Source of the DNA: an uncultured bacterium
GTDB taxonomy: Bacteria > Patescibacteriota > Minisyncoccia > Phycocordibacterales > UBA2100
Assembly: GCA_903824595.1 (NCBI GenBank)
Contig: CAIJXH010000007.1
Location: 5,184-69,183 of the forward strand
Length of the DNA stretch: 64,000 bases
Direction: 5' to 3'
Of the stretch, positions 47,685-57,780 are shown piece after piece; within the stretch, counting starts at the first letter, position 1, and each line of letters starts with the position of its first letter. The notes beneath the pieces were generated by a model. It saw nothing but the letters and a program-made list of their open reading frames with translations, made no database searches and was not told the DNA's origin. The translations under genes were made by a program, and so were the position numbers.

Positions 47685-49328
47685 ATGGATCCATCAGTGA
47701 CGTTTTGTAGTTTTGAGGGAGCAAAATTCCTCATTTTTGGTCCAAACGTACCTGCTCTTGTCTACTATGCTCACTTACCGAATATCATAATATCTCTGTG
47801 TCTGGCTTTTTTTATTTTATTTCAAAATAGAAAAATGCTAGCAAATCAGGTTTTGTTTGGCACAATACTTTCATTTGTGATCTGGGCGTTCTTTGCTCTC
47901 GTATTCTGGGCAACCAATAACCCAGGTGTCGTGATATTCAGCTGGTCGATGGATGTGTTATTTGAACCATTAGTATACGTAGGATGTTTATATTTGCTCT
48001 ATGTTTTGTTCGAAAAACGCGATCTTCCACTTACGTGGAAAAGCATGTTCACCATACTGTACGTACCCTTCGCGCTTCTTGTACCAACGCGACTCACCCT
48101 TTCAGGTGTAGATTTGTCAACGTGTCTTGCGGTCGAGGGTCCTGTTGCACTGTATTACTCCTATTTCATAGAAATCGTGATATCGATCTGGGCGTTCGTG
48201 TATGCGACTGGGCGGATTTTATATACAGCAAACCCAGAAACTAAAAAGGAGCGCCTCTTTCTATCTATGGGCGTTTTGTTCCTACTTTTCTCGTTTGGGT
48301 GGGGTAATATTATTGGCAGTTTTACAGAGGACTGGAAACTGGGTCTGTATGGCCTTTTTGGCATGCCTGTGTTTATTGCGTTTCTTGCCTACACAATCGT
48401 AAAATATCGAACGTTTAATATTCGTGTGGTTGGATCGGTGGCACTGGTTTTGGCGCTCTGCGCCCTCAATTTCTCGTTGCTGTTCGTGCAGCATGTCGAG
48501 GTATTCCGTGGTGTTGCGGCACTTACGTTTACTATTTCGAGCGTGTTCGGGTATCTGCTCATCAGGAATGTGCGCAATGCCATGCGTCAGCGTGCTTTGA
48601 TCGAGCAACAAGAACGCGCTCTTGAAGTTACCAACAATGAGCAGGAGGCGCTACTTCGTTTTGTGAGTCATGAAATAAAAGGATATCTCACCAAAAGTGA
48701 GGCGGTGTTTGCTGAAATTGGTGAAGGGACGTATGGCGAGCCGACGCCTCGTATCAAACAGATGGCGGAGGGAGCACTTGCCGAGATGCGCAAAGGCGTG
48801 GATATGGTCATGTATATTCTCAAGGCAGCTAATTTCAAGAAGGGTACGGTGGGATACGAAAAACATCCTTTTGACTTGAAGGCAGTCGTGCGCGCCTCTA
48901 TTGTCGCGCTTCAGCCATTGGCAGACGAACGACACATTACCGTTACGTCGTCCGTGAGCGATGAAGAGTTCACTATGACAGGCGATGAGTCGAAAATAAG
49001 CGAGCACGTCACACGCAATTTGATAGACAATGCTCTTCGGTACACTCTTGCGGGAGGGAAGGTGCACGTATCACTTTCACATTGTGTAAATGGCGACGTA
49101 TGTTTTGCGGTCACAGATACGGGGATTGGTATCACCAAAGAAGATATGCGCAACTTATTCACTGAAGGTGGACATGGCAAAGATTCTATTACCACCAACG
49201 TGCACTCGACTGGTTATGGACTTTTCATCGCGAAACAAGTCGTTGGCGCGCACAACGGAAGGGTATGGGCAGAATCGGATGGGGAGGGAAAGGGGTCGAA
49301 GTTTGTCGTCGAGTTTCCGCGGGAGTGA
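47685..49328 (+). CDS. 7TM sensor histidine kinase
   Basis: SHEIKGYL H-box, NLIDNALRYT, DTGIGI, TGYGLFI. Confidence 0.92.
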   Translation: MDPSVTFCSFEGAKFLIFGPNVPALVYYAHLPNIIISLCLAFFILFQNRKMLANQVLFGTILSFVIWAFFALVFWATNNPGVVIFSWSMDVLFEPLVYVGCLYLLYVLFEKRDLPLTWKSMFTILYVPFALLVPTRLTLSGVDLSTCLAVEGPVALYYSYFIEIVISIWAFVYATGRILYTANPETKKERLFLSMGVLFLLFSFGWGNIIGSFTEDWKLGLYGLFGMPVFIAFLAYTIVKYRTFNIRVVGSVALVLALCALNFSLLFVQHVEVFRGVAALTFTISSVFGYLLIRNVRNAMRQRALIEQQERALEVTNNEQEALLRFVSHEIKGYLTKSEAVFAEIGEGTYGEPTPRIKQMAEGALAEMRKGVDMVMYILKAANFKKGTVGYEKHPFDLKAVVRASIVALQPLADERHITVTSSVSDEEFTMTGDESKISEHVTRNLIDNALRYTLAGGKVHVSLSHCVNGDVCFAVTDTGIGITKEDMRNLFTEGGHGKDSITTNVHSTGYGLFIAKQVVGAHNGRVWAESDGEGKGSKFVVEFPRE

Positions 49329-49436
49329 GCAATATGCAGTTCCTATGATGAACAAAAAAGACTGGGATTTTGATTCCGTTGAGTGTTGGAGGAGACTCAT
49401 CTTGCGCAATTTGAAAGATGTGGAATCATTCTATGT

Positions 49437-49598
49437 ATGAAGCGCGCAGAATCGTATGACTTTGCAGCACGGATTGTGATCTCGCTGATTGCAATTGGTT
49501 TGGTAGGAGGTGCGGTTGTGTGGGCGGTGTCGCCTGTATCGTCTATGACGATTGCAATGCCATGGTCGGCATCGCACGCCGATACGGTGCAACCCTAA
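49437..49598 (+). CDS. Small single-TM protein
   Basis: One hydrophobic helix; fills the gap before the next gene. Confidence 0.4.
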   Translation: MKRAESYDFAARIVISLIAIGLVGGAVVWAVSPVSSMTIAMPWSASHADTVQP

Positions 49599-49605
49599 CG
49601 TACGT

Positions 49606-50055
49606 ATGAAATCTACCGTCTCATTTGCAGAATTGAAGAGAAAGCGCACACCGCTTCGCAACATCAACATTGAGCATCGTGAACGTCTCACGCGCGTGGA
49701 GCTATTTGCGGTGTGGATCACGGAGCACGTGGGCACCATGGGTTTTTTCGCTCTTATTTTATTGTGGACTCTTGCATGGCTAAGCTGGAATATCTTTGCT
49801 CCAAGATCGTTACAGTTCGATCCGTTCCCTGCTTTTGTGTTTTGGTTGTTCATTTCCAATATGATCCAGATTCTCCTCATGCCACTCATCATGGTAGGAC
49901 AAAATTTACAAGGAAAACATTCAGAGGCGCGAGCTGAGGCTGATTTTGAAGTAAACAAACAAGCAGAACAGGAAATCGAAATGATTATCACTCATCTCGA
50001 AAACCAGGAAGAGCTCCTGCATCGTCTTCTTGCGCGCATTGAAAATGACCGATGA
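49606..50055 (+). CDS. DUF1003-family membrane protein
   Basis: GTMGFF, FDPFP, PLIMVGQN, RAE.DFEVN..AE.EI. Confidence 0.85.
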   Translation: MKSTVSFAELKRKRTPLRNINIEHRERLTRVELFAVWITEHVGTMGFFALILLWTLAWLSWNIFAPRSLQFDPFPAFVFWLFISNMIQILLMPLIMVGQNLQGKHSEARAEADFEVNKQAEQEIEMIITHLENQEELLHRLLARIENDR

Positions 50056-50605
50056 CGAGCTCATAGCGCAGTATTTGAACGGTGATACATGCGCGCTCGA
50101 GACGCTCGTCGATCGATATATGGGGCGCGTATACAATCTCACGCTTCATATAACGAACGATCAGTCGGCGGCAGACGATGCGACACAGGAAGCGTTTGTG
50201 CGAGCATGGCGTGCGATACGCGGATATCGTACGGGAATGAGCTTCAAGGCGTGGCTGTTTCGTATCGCGCGTAACGCGGCACTTGATTGGGTGCGCAAAA
50301 AGAAAGACGTGGCATTTTCGGTGCTCGATCATGATACAGATGCGTCATTGCAATTTGTCGACACCATTGTCGATGAACACCCTCTTCCCGATGCGTATGC
50401 CATAACGCAAGAGAGTATTCGCCATACCACGGCACTCCTTGCGCGCCTGCGTCCAGACCATCGTGAGATTGTGGTATTGAGACACACCAGCAATCTCACC
50501 TTTGAAGAGATTGGCGCTCTCGTTCGGCGTCCGTTACATACCGTAAAGAGTCAATATCGTCGCGCGATTGCCGCGCTTCGTGAATGTGTGCACCAAAACC
50601 AGTAA
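50045..50605 (+). CDS. ECF sigma-70 factor
   Basis: DATQEAF.RAW, FKAWLFRIARN, LTFEEIG...TVKS. Confidence 0.92.
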   Translation: MTDDELIAQYLNGDTCALETLVDRYMGRVYNLTLHITNDQSAADDATQEAFVRAWRAIRGYRTGMSFKAWLFRIARNAALDWVRKKKDVAFSVLDHDTDASLQFVDTIVDEHPLPDAYAITQESIRHTTALLARLRPDHREIVVLRHTSNLTFEEIGALVRRPLHTVKSQYRRAIAALRECVHQNQ

Positions 50606-50623
50606 CGAGCTCGTATAGGTAGT

Positions 50624-51019
50624 ATGCACATGCCGATGATCAATCCGCCCGCATATGTACGGAGACGCGTCATTTCACGCATCGCGCGCATGGAATATCG
50701 ACGGTCGGCGGTCCGTTTTTCCGTACTGCTTACCGCGTGTTCTGTATCGACGAGTGTGACCGCTGTTGCTATAGTGTCGGTCTCGCAAGAACTCGCGCGC
50801 TCTGGTTTTTACTCGTATCTTGCACTGCTTGGTTCTGATTCAAATGTTATACTTGCCTCGTGGCACGATTTCGCACTATCTCTGATTGAAGCACTTCCTG
50901 TTGCAAACATAGCGTTTGCACTCGCCGCGGCGACAGCATTGTTCTTTTCGTTACCGCATCTTGTACGCGCTATGCGTGAATTACGCAGATCGCGCGAGTA
51001 TCATGTAGTACTGTCATAG
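50624..51019 (+). CDS. Putative membrane anti-sigma factor
   Basis: Directly follows the ECF sigma; short N-terminus plus TM helices. Confidence 0.5.
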   Translation: MHMPMINPPAYVRRRVISRIARMEYRRSAVRFSVLLTACSVSTSVTAVAIVSVSQELARSGFYSYLALLGSDSNVILASWHDFALSLIEALPVANIAFALAAATALFFSLPHLVRAMRELRRSREYHVVLS

Positions 51020-51030
51020 CAAAGTATTGT

Positions 51031-51528
51031 ATGCAATCATCAATACCAGCGTTATTTGAATCCAAAATGTTTCGAATGATATCGATTGGTATCGCGCTAC
51101 TGCTTGTCGCGGTATGTATATTCCGAGCAGGTATGAGTATTGGATATAGAAAAGCAGCTTTTACATACCAGCAAGGCGATAATTACTATCGTGCGTTTGG
51201 CAGACACGTTCCGCGCCCGTACGGGATACCTATGCATGATGAATTCATGGATACGCATGGTGCTGTGGGGAAAATAATCAGTGTTGATGCGGCGTCTATC
51301 GTCGTATCCAGTCCTGATGGTATCGAAAGAGTAATCAGTATGTCCACGACCACGCGCATAAAATATCTCGACGATACCGTCCCTGCGACGAGTCTTCATG
51401 TAGATGATTTTGTCGTAATATTTGGCGTTCCAGACAAATCATCGCGCGTGGACGCAAAACTCATCCGTATCTTACCCCCTCCGCCCGAGACATCCACCAC
51501 AAGCACGTCTCATCGTTCATCGCTATGA
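51031..51528 (+). CDS. Membrane-anchored DUF5666-like OB-fold protein
   Basis: G.IISVD..SI.V......T.......L.V.D.V.IFG. Confidence 0.6.
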   Translation: MQSSIPALFESKMFRMISIGIALLLVAVCIFRAGMSIGYRKAAFTYQQGDNYYRAFGRHVPRPYGIPMHDEFMDTHGAVGKIISVDAASIVVSSPDGIERVISMSTTTRIKYLDDTVPATSLHVDDFVVIFGVPDKSSRVDAKLIRILPPPPETSTTSTSHRSSL

Positions 51529-53300
51529 TGTCTCTTTTCTCGCGCGCTTCGTATAGTTCGGTGATTGCGACAATCAAAGCACATCGGTTGTTGGGTGCTG
51601 GCATTGTGGTGGTGTGCGTGATCGCGAGCTACTGGTTCTACGGCACGTATCTGTCTGCAAGCGCAACAACCACGTATGTACTGGGCACGGTTGAAAAGGG
51701 AACTATCGTCGCGTCGGTGTCGGCGAGCGGTCAGGTGTCGGCCTCCAATCAGCTCGATATCAAGCCGCGCGTGTCGGGCGAGCTTCTTTCTGTGTTGGTT
51801 GTCGCGGGTCAAAAAGTATCGGCAGGACAATTGATTGCGGTTATCGATCCATCCAGCGCGCAAAAAACAGTACGCGACGCAGAGGTCAATGTGCAGAGCG
51901 CGCAGCTGTCTCTCGACAAAATTCAACAGCCAGCCGATGCTCTTTCTCTTATTCAAGCACAAGATGCGCTTGCGCAAGCGTCGACCACGTTGGCAAAAGC
52001 ATACGACGACGGATTCAATGACGTATCGAATGCATTCTTGTCGCTTCCTGGTGACATGGATGGACTCAAAAATATTCTGTATGGATATGATGCAACGCCA
52101 TCAAAATCACAGAGCAATATCTCGGCGTACGCGGATATGGTCGATTCGAGCGATCCTGCCGTCATCGCCTTCAAACAGGACGCGGCAACGAAATATCAAA
52201 GCGCACTCGATGCCTACAACGCAGCTTTTCTCGCGTATCGCGCACTATCTCGTGCTTCTGATGTTGCAGCTATAGAGCACAGCATCTCGCAGACGTATGA
52301 CACGATCAAGCGCATTGCCGACGCAACCAAAAGCGCCAACGATTTTTTGGGACTGGTAAAAGGTAAATTGACCGACAAAAATCAACCCATCCCCACCACA
52401 TTGACGACACACATGTCTGCGCTCGGTACGTACATTTCCGACACGGGTTCGCATCTCGACGAGCTTCTAAATATCAAAAACACTATCACATCGTCGGAAT
52501 ATTCTATTGCGGAAAGAACACAGTCACTTTCCGATCTCCATGCGGGCGCAACTCCACTCGATATTCAATCGGCAAAACTCACGCTTCAACAACGACAAAA
52601 CGCGCTCGCAGATGCACAAAGCGCGCTGGCGGATTATTACGTACGTGCACCGTTTTCTGGCATTATCGCATCGGTGAATGCAAAAAAATACGATACTGCA
52701 GGATCGGGTTCCGTCATAGCTACACTCATCACCGATCAGCAGATGGCAGAACTTTCACTCAACGAAGTGGATGCCGCAAAAGTGACGGTAGGCAATAAAG
52801 CAACCGTCACGTTTGACGCGATCGACACGTTGACCATGACGGGCAAGGTGGCGGAAATCAACACCATTGGAACAGTATCGCAAGGAGTGGTTTCGTACGC
52901 GGTGCGCATAGGCTTTGATGCACAAGACGCACGTATCAAACCGGGCATGACGGCAAACGCCGCGATTCAAACCGAAGTGCATCAAGATGTGCTCATGGTG
53001 CCCTCGAGCGCTGTCAAGACAAAAAACGACGCAAACTATGTGCTCGTGTTTGATCCTGCGCTCTCGGCAGCAGAGGTGGCTAAAGCAGGTTCAACGGGCA
53101 TCGCCTCGAGTGTCGCGCCAAAACAAGTTCCAGTGCAAACGGGAATCGCGGATGATACAAACATAGAAATTGTCTCTGGGTTGTCCGAAGGACAACAAAT
53201 TATCATCCGATCGACGAGTGCTTCCGCAAAAACAACCACCACCTCGTCGACATCTTCGACGCGCAACGCACTGGGAGGCGGTCCGGGTATTCGTCTTTGA
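51525..53300 (+). CDS. MacA-like efflux adaptor
   Basis: VSASGQV, VRAPFSGII, KPGMTAN, VP.SAV, EIVSGL.EG. Confidence 0.88.
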   Translation: MMSLFSRASYSSVIATIKAHRLLGAGIVVVCVIASYWFYGTYLSASATTTYVLGTVEKGTIVASVSASGQVSASNQLDIKPRVSGELLSVLVVAGQKVSAGQLIAVIDPSSAQKTVRDAEVNVQSAQLSLDKIQQPADALSLIQAQDALAQASTTLAKAYDDGFNDVSNAFLSLPGDMDGLKNILYGYDATPSKSQSNISAYADMVDSSDPAVIAFKQDAATKYQSALDAYNAAFLAYRALSRASDVAAIEHSISQTYDTIKRIADATKSANDFLGLVKGKLTDKNQPIPTTLTTHMSALGTYISDTGSHLDELLNIKNTITSSEYSIAERTQSLSDLHAGATPLDIQSAKLTLQQRQNALADAQSALADYYVRAPFSGIIASVNAKKYDTAGSGSVIATLITDQQMAELSLNEVDAAKVTVGNKATVTFDAIDTLTMTGKVAEINTIGTVSQGVVSYAVRIGFDAQDARIKPGMTANAAIQTEVHQDVLMVPSSAVKTKNDANYVLVFDPALSAAEVAKAGSTGIASSVAPKQVPVQTGIADDTNIEIVSGLSEGQQIIIRSTSASAKTTTTSSTSSTRNALGGGPGIRL

Positions 53301-53313
53301 CACACATCATCGC

Positions 53314-54027
53314 ATGATCGAAGTTACTTCTATAGTGAAAACGTACGGATCTGGCGAAGCGGCATTTCAGGCGCTCAATGGAGTTTCTTTTACCATCAAT
53401 GACGGGGAATTTGTCGCCATTATGGGACCGTCTGGATCGGGAAAGTCGACGCTCATGCATATCCTTGGATGTCTCGATACCCCCACGTCGGGATCATATT
53501 TTCTTGATGGCAAAGACGTGTCTACGCGCACCGATGATGAGCTTGCCGATATTCGTCGCTTGCATATAGGATTTGTATTTCAGGCGTTCAATCTCCTTCC
53601 TCGCACGACGGTCTTACGCAATGTCATGTTGCCCCTTGTATATGCAGGTGTAGAAGAAAGTGAGCGCGATAAGCGTTCCAAAAAGGCACTCCTTGCGGCA
53701 GGACTGGCAGAATCTCATTTCGGACACATGAGCAATCAGCTCTCGGGCGGACAAATTCAGCGCGTTGCCATCGCTCGAGCGCTCGTCAACGATCCCACGC
53801 TCATACTTGCTGACGAACCGACAGGTAATCTCGATACAAAAACGGGAGAGGTAGTACTGGGCACGTTTCAACGACTCAATAGGGAACATGGGCGCACTGT
53901 CATACTGATTACTCATGAACAAGATGTCGCCGAGCACGCAGAACGCATCATCACCTTGCGCGATGGAATAATTATCACTGATTCGCGATCGCATACGCGC
54001 CGACAAGCACATCACCATGAAAACTAA
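53314..54027 (+). CDS. ABC ATPase (MacB/LolD-type)
   Basis: GPSGSGKST, LSGGQ.QRVAIARAL, LADEPTGNLD. Confidence 0.95.
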   Translation: MIEVTSIVKTYGSGEAAFQALNGVSFTINDGEFVAIMGPSGSGKSTLMHILGCLDTPTSGSYFLDGKDVSTRTDDELADIRRLHIGFVFQAFNLLPRTTVLRNVMLPLVYAGVEESERDKRSKKALLAAGLAESHFGHMSNQLSGGQIQRVAIARALVNDPTLILADEPTGNLDTKTGEVVLGTFQRLNREHGRTVILITHEQDVAEHAERIITLRDGIIITDSRSHTRRQAHHHEN

Positions 54028-55243
54028 CGATATCATACACGAAACATACACCGCACTATCTGCCAACAAAGTGCGTTCTGGGTTGACGATTCTCGGCATC
54101 GTCATTGGTATAGCATCAGTTATCGCGATGGTATCTATAGGCGCAGGCGCTTCGCAGTCGATCTCGTCATCCATAAAATCACTCGGATCGAATCTCATTC
54201 AAGTGACTCCCGGGGCGCAGCGAACGCAGGGTTTTGGAGCAAGTGGAGGTCGCGGAAATGCAAAAACACTCACCAACGCAGATGCGGCGGCAATAGCATC
54301 ACAGGTCACCAACATAGAAGCTGTCGATTCCGAGGTGTCTGGACGCTATCAAGTGACTGCAAAAGGCACCAACACCAATACGACGGTTATGGGGGTCACC
54401 TCGAAATATCCGCAAATACGCAACGTCGAAATAGCGGAGGGATCGTTCATTACCGATGCACAAAATGATACAGGCGCAAAGGTTGCGGTGCTCGGACCAA
54501 CGGTGCGTGATGATCTTTTTGGAGCTGATGCAGAGGGAATTGTCGGGCAACGTATCAGAATCAGCGGCGCAGAATTCAAAGTGATCGGCATTACGGTTGC
54601 AAAAGGGGGCACGGGATTCCAAAATCAGGATGACATGCTCTTCATACCCGTCACCACATCGCAACGATACCTATCGGGCAATCAGTATCTTTCAACCATC
54701 GCGATACAAGCCTCAAATCAGGACGTCATGACGCACGTGCAAAATGACGTAACGGCTCTGCTGCTGTCGCGACACAACATCTCTGATGCAACGCAAGCGG
54801 ATTTTAGCGTACTCAACCAAAACGACATCCTCTCAACTGCATCGAGCATAACATCGACGCTCACCTACCTGCTTGCCGCGATTGGATGTATTTCGCTTGT
54901 GGTTGGGGGAATTGGCATCATGAACATGATGCTCACCGCGGTCACGGAGCGCACGAGAGAAATAGGACTACGTAAGGCGATAGGAGCAAAGCGCGCGGAT
55001 ATCTCGGCGCAGTTTCTTGCAGAAGCTGTTGCACTCACTTTGGTGGGCGGCGTTATCGGGATTACGCTCGGGTGGGGAATAGCCTATCTCGTCAACATGA
55101 CAGGTGCGGTAAAAACGAGTGTCTCGCTCGCCTCGGTGCTGCTTGCTTTTGGTGTATCAGCATTGACGGGAATCATATTTGGATACTACCCAGCTCGTCG
55201 TGCCGCCTCGCTCAATCCGATCGAGGCGCTGCGATACGAGTAG
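54017..55243 (+). CDS. ABC permease (MacB-type)
   Basis: RS.LTILGIVIGIASV, VGGIGIMN.M..VTERTREIGLRKAIGA, PIEALRYE. Confidence 0.95.
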   Translation: MKTNDIIHETYTALSANKVRSGLTILGIVIGIASVIAMVSIGAGASQSISSSIKSLGSNLIQVTPGAQRTQGFGASGGRGNAKTLTNADAAAIASQVTNIEAVDSEVSGRYQVTAKGTNTNTTVMGVTSKYPQIRNVEIAEGSFITDAQNDTGAKVAVLGPTVRDDLFGADAEGIVGQRIRISGAEFKVIGITVAKGGTGFQNQDDMLFIPVTTSQRYLSGNQYLSTIAIQASNQDVMTHVQNDVTALLLSRHNISDATQADFSVLNQNDILSTASSITSTLTYLLAAIGCISLVVGGIGIMNMMLTAVTERTREIGLRKAIGAKRADISAQFLAEAVALTLVGGVIGITLGWGIAYLVNMTGAVKTSVSLASVLLAFGVSALTGIIFGYYPARRAASLNPIEALRYE

Positions 55244-55284
55244 CGTAGTACTATTAGAATGCGTTTACATAATACACATACCAT

Positions 55285-55707
55285 ATGAATCGTACACATG
55301 TAGTAACGGGAGTAGTGGGCATAGTCGTCATAGCATCGGGAGCGTTTTATGGAGGAATGACGTATGGAAAGAGCGTTGTTCCTTCGCGAGGTCAGGGCGG
55401 CAACGGGCAGTTTGGTGTTGGTTCAATGCGTCGAACTGCAAACGGCGGTTTTGTATCGGGCGCAGTTCTCACAAAAGATGCGACCAGCATAACCATAAAA
55501 ACACGAGACGGGAGCACAAAAATCGTACTCGTGAGCCCTTCAACACAGGTGATGAAAAGTGCATCGGGCTCATTTGATGATGTGGCGGTTGGCGCCGATG
55601 TCATTGCCACGGGTGCCGCTAATGCCGACGGAAGCGTTTCCGCGCAGTCGCTGCAAATCAGACCCGTCAATGACTCAGGACGTATGCAGACTCCTGGAGA
55701 CCGCTAA
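55285..55707 (+). CDS. DUF5666-like membrane-anchored protein
   Basis: TM helix, then G.V...D..SITIK..DGS.K...G..V...G..N.DGS..A. Confidence 0.65.
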   Translation: MNRTHVVTGVVGIVVIASGAFYGGMTYGKSVVPSRGQGGNGQFGVGSMRRTANGGFVSGAVLTKDATSITIKTRDGSTKIVLVSPSTQVMKSASGSFDDVAVGADVIATGAANADGSVSAQSLQIRPVNDSGRMQTPGDR

Positions 55708-55727
55708 TACGTGGTAGCATGGTGACC

Positions 55728-56702
55728 ATGCTTGTCGATGACATAACACTAGAGCTTAGAGCTGGAGATGGCGGAAGAGGTGCCGTTGCTTTCAACAAAG
55801 TGAAGCTTTCTCGTGGTCCAACGGGTGGTGATGGTGGAAGAGGTGGCTCACTATATTTCGAAGGGGTCGCCGATTTGAATGGTCTTGCTTCCTATGCGCA
55901 TCGCAAAGAGATCCGCGCCGAATCAGGTAAAAATGGAAGGGGACAATTTCTCGATGGTAGGGCAGGCGAAGATCTCGTACTGCCTATTCCAATCGGAACA
56001 TCTATCATCAACTCACAATCAGGATATGTGAGAGAGATGGAACGCGTGGGGCAGAGAATACTTGCAGCGGCAGGAGGCATGGGAGGAAAAGGTAATTTCA
56101 AATTCCGCTCCGCCATCAATACCAGCCCGCAAGAATACCAAGAAGGACTTGCTGGTGATCATCTTACGTTCAATCTCAAACTCAAACTGATTGCAGACAT
56201 AGGACTGATCGGTCTTCCAAACGCAGGAAAGTCGAGTTTGATCAATGAGCTCACGTCGGCGAAGAGCAGGGTTGGCGCGTATGCGTTTACAACACTCGAA
56301 CCGCACCTTGGTTCATACTACGGACTTATTATTGCCGATATACCGGGTCTCATTGAGGGTGCCTCCGCAGGCAAGGGGCTTGGGGTAAAATTTTTACAAC
56401 ACATTGAGCGTACGCATACATTGTTCCATCTCGTGTCTGCCGAGTCGGATGATCCTGTGCGCGACTATCGCATCATTCGCAAAGAACTCAAGGCGTATGA
56501 CGAATCTCTCATGGGGAAAACAGAGTATGTGTTGCTCACCAAAATAGACATGATATCCCCGGAAGAGCTCAAGAAGAAGCTAGCGGCTTTGAAGCGATCG
56601 CGCATACAGGTAATGCCAATTTCTGTTTTGGATGACAACACGCTTGCGCCACTCAAACAGCTGCTCAACGCGCTCAAGAAAGAAAAAATGCCGTCTCAAT
56701 AA
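55728..56702 (+). CDS. obg: GTPase Obg (short form)
   Basis: GP.GGDGGRGG, ADIGLIGLPNAGKSS, YAFTTLEP, DIPGLIEGAS.GKGLG. Confidence 0.97.
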   Translation: MLVDDITLELRAGDGGRGAVAFNKVKLSRGPTGGDGGRGGSLYFEGVADLNGLASYAHRKEIRAESGKNGRGQFLDGRAGEDLVLPIPIGTSIINSQSGYVREMERVGQRILAAAGGMGGKGNFKFRSAINTSPQEYQEGLAGDHLTFNLKLKLIADIGLIGLPNAGKSSLINELTSAKSRVGAYAFTTLEPHLGSYYGLIIADIPGLIEGASAGKGLGVKFLQHIERTHTLFHLVSAESDDPVRDYRIIRKELKAYDESLMGKTEYVLLTKIDMISPEELKKKLAALKRSRIQVMPISVLDDNTLAPLKQLLNALKKEKMPSQ

Positions 56703-56715
56703 TCAAACAGTACGT

Positions 56716-57753
56716 ATGTCAACATTCAGCAGTGGCGCCGCGCTAGATACACGAACTGACGTACAGAAACAAAAAGATTGGCAGCAGCGGGAGGTGCTTG
56801 CTTCTGCCGCTTCGGTGCAGTGGGCGGAGAAACCGCAAAGCGCATGGCGCACGTTCCCCATTTTCAATCAGGACGGTAGCGGGAGCTGTGTGATGCAATC
56901 ACAATGCAAAGAAATGGGTATTATGCGCTATCTCACCGACGGGAGATATGTACATTTTTCCGTCGCCGATGGCTATCAGCGTCGAGCCAACAAGCCTGCT
57001 CCAGGCATGGGCTCCGACGACGCGCGCCGCATCGCCGCGTCGGGAATCACGCTCGAGCTGCTCGCGCCGTCGCAAAACATGAGCGACGCGGATCTTGATG
57101 CAGAGACCGTCGAACCGTACAAGAGGGAAGTGGGGTCTGTGTTTGCGGTGCCCAATCATCTCGCGCTTCCGATAAAAAACATAGACGCGGTCGCTTCCAC
57201 CATACAGGCGACGCGCAAGGGTGTGATGGTATGGTTCTATTTTCTCATTGACGAGTGGACCGCAGTGCCTACGGTGAAATATCCGGCGCTCGATCTCGAT
57301 GCTCCGTCAGTCGCGCGGCACAGCGTGACCGCAGTCGATTTCACCATCCAAAACGGCGAGAAGTGTCTCATTATCGAAGACAGCTGGGGCACGTCGGCGG
57401 GCATCGCTGGGCAGCGCGTCATCACCGAGCGTTTTTTCAATGCGCGCAATTGGTTTGCCGATTACCTCGTCAATTTTGCATTCAAGGGCACACCCGCCAA
57501 GCCGCAGTATTTTTTTGGCACGAGCCTCGAGCTCAACGACCAAAACGGCGACGTAAAAGCACTCCAAGACTGTCTTCGCTACGACGGAGAATTTCCGAGC
57601 AACGCTGACAGCACGGGCTTTTTTGGCTCCATTACCAAAAAAGCAGTGGGCGACTACCAGCTCAAGCATGGCGTGATTTTCTCATCCGCCGACCCTGGAT
57701 ACGGCAGGGTCGGCCCCAAAACCCGCGCTGCTCTCAATACTCAATTCGCGTAA
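56716..57753 (+). CDS. Papain-like (C1) peptidase with C-terminal peptidoglycan-binding domain
   Basis: NQDGSGSCV, HSV, DSWG; DVKALQ..L...TGFFG.IT..AV..YQ...VGPKTR. Confidence 0.8.
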   Translation: MSTFSSGAALDTRTDVQKQKDWQQREVLASAASVQWAEKPQSAWRTFPIFNQDGSGSCVMQSQCKEMGIMRYLTDGRYVHFSVADGYQRRANKPAPGMGSDDARRIAASGITLELLAPSQNMSDADLDAETVEPYKREVGSVFAVPNHLALPIKNIDAVASTIQATRKGVMVWFYFLIDEWTAVPTVKYPALDLDAPSVARHSVTAVDFTIQNGEKCLIIEDSWGTSAGIAGQRVITERFFNARNWFADYLVNFAFKGTPAKPQYFFGTSLELNDQNGDVKALQDCLRYDGEFPSNADSTGFFGSITKKAVGDYQLKHGVIFSSADPGYGRVGPKTRAALNTQFA

Positions 57754-57780
57754 TAGTCAGAAAAGGTATAAAATCGCCGT

